A program made the position numbers and the translations under genes. The notes under the pieces were generated by a model. It was given only the letters and a program-made list of their open reading frames with translations. It did no database searches and had not been told where the DNA came from. A stretch of DNA of 32,000 bases, taken from the sequence record JBEVCQ010000173.1. One strand, given 5' to 3'. Shown here piece after piece: positions 23,233-32,000 of the stretch. Position 1 is the stretch's first letter. Every line of letters starts with the position of its first letter.

Positions 23233-25386
23233 TTATAAAATATATTTTGAAAATAAAAAAAAAAAAAATGAAAATAAAATTAATTTTGCTAATGAATCTA
23301 GTGATTTAGTAGAATAATAAGATTTTCTTCAATTTATAAAAATAACTGAAATTAATAATATAATTACAAATCAATTTAAAATACTTACTGTATTTAAAAA
23401 ATTTAAATCAGGTTTATAATAATAACTATAGGCATTATTTATATAAATAGATTTTAAATCTGATAAATTGTAAAAATTATTTAAAGTTGTATTATATAAA
23501 TATAAAGTAACTATATAAGATATAAATACTAATAATATAATTGAAATATTAGAAGCTAAAGAAGTATTTGAATAGAATTTTGAATTTAAATTATTTCTAT
23601 TTGCTTGTAAGTATATTGTTTTTTTACCTTTTTTAGTATCAAAAAATATACTATAAAAAAGTCTATAAGAATAAAATACTCCAGCTATTGCACCTAATAT
23701 TAAACTACTAAATATTATAGGATATAATGTATAAGATTCAACTAAACCTATAAATAATAAATGTTTTATATAAAAACCTAAAGTTAAAGGTAAACCACTT
23801 AAATTCATCATACAAACAAAAGAAGCTAAACACTCAAATGGTAGATATTTATAAAAACCACCCATACGTTTAAAATCTTGTATATTTCTATTAAATCTAT
23901 TAACATTACCTACACATAAGAAAGTAGCTGCTTTAAAAAAACCATGAACATATAAATATAGAATAACAAACTCTAATACACCAGTTGAGTAAGAAACCAT
24001 TAAAAACCCACAATGACTAATAGTTGAATATGCTAAAGTTTTTTTAGTATCAGATTGAAAAGCAGATACTAAACCACCATAAAAAGCAGTTAAAGAACCT
24101 ATTAAAGGTAAGATGAAATAAGCGTATTTACTTAATTCAAATAAAGGTGATAATCTTAATAATAAATATATACCAGCTGATACTAAAGTAGCAGAGTGGA
24201 TTAAAGCTGACGCAGGAACTGGTGCTTCCATGGAATCCGGTAATCATATATGGGCACCAAATTGCGCTGATTTTATAAAAGCACAACTTATAAAAAAAAA
24301 ACTTATTATTTCAACAAGATTTATTGATCAATAAAAAATATCAATATTATAACTTTCATATAAATATATTTGAGTGTTAAATGATAATATATCTAAATTA
24401 TAAGTTGTACTAAAAATTATTAAAATTGCAAAAAATAAAAATAAATCACTTAGTTTATTAAATGAGAATGCTTTAAAAGCTGCTTTTAAAGTACCAACTC
24501 TAGTAGATCAAAAATTAATTAAAAAAAAAGAGGTTAGACCAATTAATTCCCAACCTAAAAATAAAACAATAAAGTTACCTGAAGATACTAATAAAATCAT
24601 ACTAATCATAAAAGAATTTAAAAATAAAATAAGTCTTTCTACTAAAGGTTCATACCTAAAATAAGAGAAAGTATAAATGTATACAAAAACACCAATAGTT
24701 AGTGTTAAAAATGAGAAACTAATTGATGTTAGATCAATTAATAAGTCAAATGAAATTCTGTAGCCATTAGATAAATACATTCATTTACCTAATGATATAT
24801 AATAATAATAATTTTCTGAAACAATTAAATTAAAATAATATAGCATCGAAATTCAAAATAGTAAAATTGAAGCTAAGTTTAAAATAAATACACCATATAA
24901 ACCTAAATAACTTAAACCAATTAGGCTAAAAATAGTTGTAAATAAAAATAATAAACCTGTTCAAATTATTATAGGATAATCGTTTATAATATTAATATTT
25001 AATTGTTTTAAATTAAAGTTTAATAAAATTTGTTTAAAACACATAATTAAGTTAAAATCTTCGAATTTATCTAATAGAAGAGTATTATAAATTATATAGT
25101 CAATAAAAGATAAAGTTGACAAATTTTCTGTAAATAATATAAAATCGATAATATAGTTATAATATCACATAACTAATGAATATAAAAATGAAACAATATA
25201 TAAAGGTAATAAAAAAAAATATATTTTTAATTTATTTAATATACTATCAGTTTGAAAAATTAAATTTCAACTTTCATGATGTACTTTAAAAATAGAATTA
25301 AAAAAAATTAAACCACTATTAAATCAATATAAAAATATAGGAGTAATAAATAATATAAGTATATAATTAAAATTTAAATGTTTCAT
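23233..25386 (-). CDS. nad5: NADH dehydrogenase subunit 5 with an extended N-terminal region
   Basis: The gene has 717 codons. Track ORFs 23371..24231 and 24508..24780 are in one frame, and I translated 24781-25386 by hand with no TAA/TAG. Motifs seen include GWELIGLTSFFLINFW and [38 protein letters not shown]. Confidence 0.92.
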
Positions 25387-25497
25387 TATAGATATAAAAT
25401 TAATACTATAAGATGATATTATATTTAAATTTTTTTTTTTAAAAGAGAAATCGAAATAATTTTTAATTAAATTTCTTATCAAATAAAAAAATACAAA

Positions 25498-26754
25498 TTA
25501 TTTTTTTAAAAATTTTGATTTAACAAAAGAATTAAATAAGTATAACTCTGTTATTAAAGGTCTTCTTAAAAAAGAATTACCTAAGTAAAAAAATATATAC
25601 ATAAAAGATCATAAAGTACCATAATTACCATTTATTCTGTTATAAAATCTACCATAAGGTAAATATGAAGTTACATATAATGCACTACATAAAAATAATC
25701 AAAAAGTAATTTGATGTAATAAATTATCTTCAACAGAATGATATTTTGGAGTCATAATATCGCTTCTATTTATGAAAAAGCTTACAATTGCAACATTTTT
25801 TTTTGAGTAATTATTTTGTTCATTTGTACCATGAATTACAGGTTGATAAAATAAAATAAAAAAATAATAAATTAAACCAAATAATCCAATTTTATGGAAT
25901 GGACAAACTGTTAATCATGCCATAAATGGTCTAAAATATCAATGTGGGGCTACTGATAAGAATCTAACATCATTAATGAAACCTATATCACCTCACATAA
26001 AAAATTCATAAGATAAAGCTTCAGGTTCAGGATACATAAAAAAACAAACAATCATAACAATTAATATTATTTCTATCATTGCACCTAATTCATTTGATAA
26101 AGCTTCATCAAATCAAATCATTTCAGTTTCTAAACCATCCATAGATGATTCGTTTTTTCAATCATAATGCATATCAACACCGTGAATTAAACCTAAATAA
26201 GCTAAGAAAAACGCTAAAACATAATGTAAATAAGCTAATCTAATAATTGTATCAGTGTTTAATTCTTTTGATGTAAAAATTCATCAATAAAATTTACCTT
26301 TTCCAGCAAAAAAAGTATCATATAAATTTGCAGCAATAGCTAATGTAATATCACTTAAGTGTGTACAACATAAAACTAAACCTAAAAAAACTACAACTTG
26401 AAATAATAAAAAAGTAAAAACTCCACTTTTTCAAGCTGCTTCTTGTTCATACTCAAAGTTATTTAAATATATTTTTCTAAATAAATGAAAATATGAAAAA
26501 ATAAATAGCATATCAACTCCTCTTTCATGTAATCAAAAAAAATCATCTGTATATAAATCTTCTACATCTTCTTCTTCTCTAACCATAGGAATTAACATAG
26601 GTTCAGGAACTAAACTAAATGCTAACATAGTACCACTTACTAATTGACTAGCAATAGTTAAAAATGTAAAGAAACCAAATAATGAGTTAATATCATGAAA
26701 GCTTACTGTCATAACTGAAAAATATTGTACAATTTTTTTTATACTAGTAGACAT
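25498..26754 (-). CDS. cob: Apocytochrome b
   Basis: The gene has 418 codons, with track ORF 26533..26754 at its N-terminus. The continuation reads ...[23 protein letters not shown]... and ...SVAPHWYFRPFMAWL... (PEWYF-type motif). The TAA stop is at 25498-25500. Confidence 0.9.
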
Positions 26755-26832
26755 ATAAGTACCTTTATTTCATTCCATCAAATTAATGATATTAATATAT
26801 TTATAATATATTCTACTCTATATGTATATTTA

Positions 26833-26973
26833 TTAAACATGTAAGTCTTGTTTAATATTAATGTTATTTATTTTTTTTAATGAACCAAATATGAATTTAG
26901 TTTTTTTTGTTAATTGATATAATTTTTTATATTTATTAAGATTTTTAGATTTTTTTCTTTTAGGTGCGGCTAT
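26833..26973 (-). CDS. rpl32: Candidate ribosomal protein bL32 (46 codons, ATA initiation)
   Basis: The frame was hand-checked codon by codon: (ATA)AAPKRKKSKNLNKYKKLYQLTKKTKFIFGSLKKINNINIKQDLHV, ending at TAA. The N-terminus matches the bL32 signature MAVPK(R/K)(R/K)TSK..(K/R)..R. A stop codon lies two codons upstream of the ATA. It is the first gene of the minus-strand block. Confidence 0.5.
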   Translation of the reverse strand: MAAPKRKKSKNLNKYKKLYQLTKKTKFIFGSLKKINNINIKQDLHV

Positions 26974-27269
26974 TTTAAATTAATTTGTTAATATAACTAA
27001 AAAATATAAATTTTGTTAAAACAATATTATTAACGCGAAAATAGTTTATCAAAAATTTGTTTGTAATTATTTTTTTATTGTAAATACGTTATAAAAACGT
27101 CAAAAAAAAATAAATTTTTAAAAGATTTAAAATTTACTATAAAATATATAGAAATTTAGATAGGTAAGCAACGTAATTAATATTAAAGTAAAATTTTTTT
27201 ACTAATGTTGATATGTAACATATAAGTTGATAGGTTTAAATAAACCTATCAAAATATAAACATAACTAA
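26974..27269. promoter_or_regulatory. Non-coding strand-switch region between the divergent gene blocks; candidate bidirectional promoter and/or replication origin region
   Basis: This is the largest non-coding interval in the coding part of the window. Every gene to its left is on the minus strand and every gene to its right is on the plus strand. It contains a hairpin at 27227-27252 (ttgataggttt aaat aaacctatcaa, 11-bp stem) and a smaller one at 27086-27100 (acgtt ataaa aacgt). Confidence 0.5.
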
Positions 27270-30200
27270 ATGGGTTTATATTACTACCTAAAAAATAAAT
27301 GAATAGACTTAAAAAATAAAAATATAGAATTAAACGAAAATAGAGAATTACTAATTAAAATTATAAAAATAACTAGTTACTTATTAAATTTTTTTATCTT
27401 ACTTATTATATTTGAATTTAATATTTTTTTGGTATTAATTTTCTGTTATTTATTTAATAAATTGTTTTGAGATATATTAACAACTTGGTATTTAGGAGAT
27501 TTTTTAAATGGTAAATTAATATATTTTGAACTCAAATATATAAAAAATAAAAGTTATATTTATATAATTACTGCAATTGATTTAATTGTTTTTTTAATTA
27601 CTGAGTGAAAAAATTATATAAACGGAATTAAATTAACCACTCTAAATAAACAAACAAATAATTTAACATTATTGCAAAAAATTAATGTATTTATAATTTA
27701 TTTAAAAAATAGTTTTATTATAATAATGAATTTTTTTTTTAGATATTTTATTATAATTTATAATTTTTATAATTATATTTTATTTAATATGTATACATAT
27801 ATTTCATTAAACAATAAATCTTTAAATTATTTTTGAATAAAACTTAATACTAAAAAATTAATGTCTGAAAAAATAACCTATAATAAAAAAAATTATTTAA
27901 TAATAATAAATTTATTGAAAAAAAAAATATTTGAAATATATAATCAAATAATATTAATAAACTTAATATTTGAAAATAAAATTAATCATGAATATCAAGA
28001 ATTAAAAAAATTTAATATTTTTTTCTTTTTTTTTAAAAAAATATACATAATAACAAAACTTAATATTCTAATATTAATAAGAGATATAAAAATTATTTAT
28101 CAATGAAGTTATATACTAATTTATACTATTAAAATAGTATTAATATTATTATATTGTACTTTATATATAAATATAAATTGACTAATTTCAAATAATTGAA
28201 TAAATAAAAACAGTTATATATTAAATAATAAATTAAAATATATAATTTATATTATTAAAATTAATATTAATACTAATTTAAAAAAAACAAATGATAATAA
28301 TAATATAATTATGTATAATTTATTTAATATAAATAATAAAATTAATTATATTAATACAATTAGTAATAAATTAAAATCATATATATATAGTATTATTAAC
28401 AAAAATATTAATAATATTAATAATTATAATGTATATAATTATATTTACAATTTATATAATCATATAACTAATATAGAATGAAATTTATATTACACAGAAT
28501 TAAAAATTTTATACTTAAATAGTAAAAGACCTTGAAAACAATTTAAATATAATAAAAGCCTATACATTATTAAATTGCTAGATGGTTTAGAATATGCAAT
28601 GTTAACAGGTAAAAAAACTTACAAAAATAAAAATATAGTTAAATACCATAAAAAACAATACCAATTTAAAAAACTCCCAAGTAAAATTGAAGAAAATATA
28701 AAAATATATACCCCAATATTAAAATTAAAATTTAATAAATATATTAGTAATTTAATAACTATAATTAAAAATTGATATAATATAAAATATTTAATAAATA
28801 TAAAGAAGAAATACAAAATAACGCATATAAATTTATTTTTACACAATATAATTCTACTAAATATATTTATTATCTTTAAAAAAATAATACCATTTTATTT
28901 CGATAAAATTATTTTAGAAAATAATAGAATAGTACTAATTACTATATTTAAAAATTATAATTTATTAATTGAAAAAATAAAAATTAATAATAAAATATAT
29001 AATATTAACATACCACAATTTAATTATAAATTAAATATAAAATCAAATGAAATTATAAATAATAAAATAAATATTAATATAAATTTAGATAATATAAAAA
29101 ATAACGAAAAAAATATAATAAAATTAATATTCTCTCCGATATTTATATTAAATTGATTTATTTCAGATATATGTTTATCAATTACATATATAAAAAAAAA
29201 AATAAAAATAAAAAAAATAAAAAAAATTATTAATAAAATTATAAAAATTTATTTTAAAATAAAAAATATAACAAGTATTTTAATTAATACTTTTAAAAAA
29301 ATAATAAATTTACTATTCCGTAAAACCATTTACTTAATTTTTTTAATTTCTTACATTTTTCACTATAAATTTAGTAATTTATTAAATGATTTTTATATTT
29401 TAAAAATAAAAAAGATTACAAATAATAATTTTATTTTAGACTATATTATATTAAATAAAAACATAATTATTCCTATATTAACTATAAGCGGTTTATTATT
29501 AACAATTAAATGATCAAGAGGAGTCCATAAAATATATGGTAATTATTTATGAACAATGACTATTTTCCCGATTTTTTTAGAAAGTCATAAACTTTTATAT
29601 TTAAAACTGTTTTTTTTAAATAGCCTTAACTATACAACAATTGAAAACTTAATATTAATGAAATTCAATTTTTTTTACTTAATAAATTATAAAATATATA
29701 ATATATATAATACAGCTAGTTATTTAATAATTATATTATTTTTATTATATTCTATAAAACACGGAGCTTTTAGATCAATATATGCAAACTTAAAAGCAAC
29801 TCGTTGAAAATTTATAAAATACCCACTTTTAATTATTACTCTAGAATTAATAAAATTAAAAATAGTTCAGTATTTAACAATTTTTGTACTATATAGTATA
29901 ATTAAATATGATATGATATACTCTGTTTTAAATATTTTTATAAATTTTTATAATATAGAGACATTTCATTTTTTAAATAAAATTATTAATTATTATATTA
30001 TAGATTTACCAAAAATTAAATTTGAAAAATTAATTTTATATTTAATACCAAATCCATATTTAGTCAATTTTTTAATAGATTTAATTATTTTTTTTATTTC
30101 TGGTAGATGACTTATAATTTATTTAAAAACTTATGTAAAAAAAGATAAAAAATTTGTTGCATTCCCATTAGTAACCACAGAATTAATATTAAAGTATATA

Positions 30201-31241
30201 GTTTATTTTTATATTTTTTATTATTTCTTTTTTTTTATTTACACCATAGCTACTAATCCTAACGGTATAATATTTGAGTATTTATTTAAATTACTTGTTT
30301 CTACATACGTTTACCTAGAAATAAGAGTTCATAAAGTACCAAAAAAAACTATGGCATGATATTTTAGACAAATAGTACAATTATGACCGTCAACTTGTTT
30401 TAATCTATGAACTTACCCTAAATATTTATATTATGATCAACAAAAATATTTACTAATGCGTTTAAAATTTAAACGACATAGAAAAGATTTAGACGAAATG
30501 TATAAAAAAACTGAATTATGGGAAAAAAGAATTATTTGAGCATTCCAAAGAGACAAAGAAGATTGCTTACATCTATTTTCAGCATTTTGTAGGTTAATGC
30601 AAAGAAAAGAAAGTATGTTGAAAGAATTTAATATTTTTGATTATGTAGGTTGACAAATTGATTGAACATATAATTATAAAAAAATACATACTTTTAGATG
30701 AAAATTAAATATTTGGGATAAACCTTATACTTATTTATTTAAAAAATATATAGATTATACTAATGTAGGGGAACATTATTTTTTTTTATATAGATTTTTA
30801 TATAGATTTTCAACAAGAATAAATTATTTAACTTTACATTTTTTTATTTATAAAATTATAGATTATTTTTATTGTTTAAAATATATATTAACATGTGAAA
30901 ATTTAAATTATAATTATAATGATATTGAAATAGTTAACTGCTATAATCTTAATATTAAATGATATCACTTAATATTTAAAGGCTGAACAATAAAAAAAAA
31001 TGCTTATAATTGAAAAAAAATCTTAAATACTAAAAACAATGAGAAAATTAAATTACAACAATTAAAAAAATTAAAATTAATTTTAATGGATTTTAGTTCT
31101 GGAAAAAAACATAAACCATCAGATTGAACTTTCCCTCTAGTATTTGAAAAAGAATACAAAACTAATGGATGAAAAATGTTTGAGAATCCCGAAATTGACG
31201 CAGTTTCCTTAGATTGAAAACCTAACTTTAAAGAATGATAA
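27270..31241 (+). CDS. Giant lineage-specific mitochondrial ORF, 1323 codons (ymf77-like by size, from memory)
   Basis: Track ORFs 27861..28106, 28575..28775, 29556..29807 and 29913..30110 all lie in one frame. Hand translation of 27270-27540, 28104-28320 and the last 1 kb found only TGA interruptions. The ATG is at 27270, just after an in-frame TAA, and the TAA stop is at 31239-31241. The N-terminus carries transmembrane-like segments, and the C-terminal ~330 codons are compositionally normal. Confidence 0.7.
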
Positions 31242-31266
31242 TATAATAAATTTTTTAATTTAAAAT

Positions 31267-31863
31267 ATGCAAAATAAATATATGCAGCCTATTCAATTAT
31301 TTATTGTTTTTGAAAAATTAAATTCAAAAATATGAACATCAAAAAAATTAAACTCAAACCATTCAATTATATTAATACCTAGTAATTGATTTTATTCTAT
31401 TAATTTATTTCTAAAAAAAGAATTACTATTTTCAAATATTTCTTTAATAGAAAATTCTGCAATAGATACTATAAACTATAATCAAGAAACTAATCAAAAT
31501 AATTTAGATTTTTCTTGTATTGAAAACTATTTTTTTAAAAATAAATTATTAATATTTTACAATTATTATAATTATTTTTTAAAATCTAAATTAACTTTTT
31601 TTATAATTTTAAATCAATTAAATAAAAATATTGATTCTATAGATCGTATTTTTTCAAATGCAAATTGACTGGAAAGAGAAACTAGTGAAATGTATGGGAT
31701 TAATTATAAATGAAAAATTGATACCCGTAAATTATTACTAGACTACGCAAAAATTGAAAATCCTATGTTAAAAGAATTTCAAAGCGAAGGTACTCAAGAT
31801 GCATTTTATAATATTTTTGAGAATCAAGTTGTTGTTTTAAAAAATGAAACTGTAGAATTATAA
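31267..31863 (+). CDS. nad9: NADH dehydrogenase subunit 9 (30-kDa subunit), copy 1
   Basis: The gene has 198 codons. The C-terminal half reads SNANWLERETSEMYGINYKWKIDTRKLLLDYAKIENPMLKEF, matching the Nad9/NuoC motif ANW.ERE..DM.GI.F..H.D.R.IL.DY....PLRKDF. Confidence 0.88.
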
Positions 31864-31893
31864 TAATAATAATAAAACTTTTTAATTTAAAAT

Positions 31894-32000
31894 ATGCAAA
31901 ATAAATATATGCAGCCTATTCAATTATTTATTGTTTTTGAAAAATTAAATTCAAAAATATGAGCATCAAAAAAACTAAATTCAAATCATTCAATTATATT
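31894..32000 (+). CDS. nad9: NADH dehydrogenase subunit 9, tandem copy 2 (5' part only, cut by the window end)
   Basis: Positions 31870-32000 repeat 31245-31373, including about 20 nt of upstream leader. Within the 107 coding nt visible there are 4 substitutions relative to copy 1 (1 Thr-to-Ala, 3 synonymous), and the frame is intact. Confidence 0.75.

Noticed and set aside
28619-28846. Track ORF on the minus strand (75 aa, Phe/Ile/Leu-rich)
   Set aside because: It is antisense to the giant plus-strand ORF and is an A/T mirror-image frame. It also lies on the wrong side of the strand switch for a minus-strand gene.

Overview
This window is the left-terminal ~32 kb of a linear, very AT-rich mitochondrial genome of a Tetrahymena-type (hymenostome) ciliate. 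It is not bacterial. The supplied ORF track is fragmented because it treats TGA as stop. Reading TGA as Trp (genetic code 4) fuses the fragments into full-length respiratory-chain genes, and a tRNA-Trp(UCA) at 17889-17960 supports this code.

Layout:
- 1-6448: 124 identical copies of a 52-bp tandem repeat, interpreted as the mitochondrial telomere. The window start cuts the array.
- 6478-26973: about 20.5 kb transcribed on the minus strand. In plus-strand coordinate order it holds trnM-like, LSU rRNA 5' fragment (rnl_a), trnL(UAA), LSU rRNA main fragment (rnl_b), an orphan ORF, nad4, a small ORF, trnE, rpl14, nad6-like, nad1_a, cox1, a small hydrophobic ORF, a cox3-like ORF, trnW, a 450-codon ORF, a small ORF, SSU rRNA, cox2, nad5, cob and a 46-codon bL32-like ORF.
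- 26974-27269: a 296-bp non-coding strand-switch region.
- 27270-32000: plus-strand genes, namely a 1323-codon orphan ORF (ymf77-like by size, from memory) and two tandem nad9 copies, the second cut by the window end.

Observations most worth a second look:
- the long, perfectly homogeneous telomere array;
- an apparently unannotated bL32-like ORF with an ATA start;
- a 52-nt perfect palindrome that holds a stop codon in its loop just upstream of trnW;
- two sequence-related short hairpins at gene junctions;
- the nad9 tandem duplication, whose differences are mostly synonymous;
- the central strand-switch region;
- several large lineage-specific ORFs.

Limits: all translations and RNA folds were done by hand. 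rRNA ends are approximate, CDS ends may be off by a few nt, and no database search was possible.
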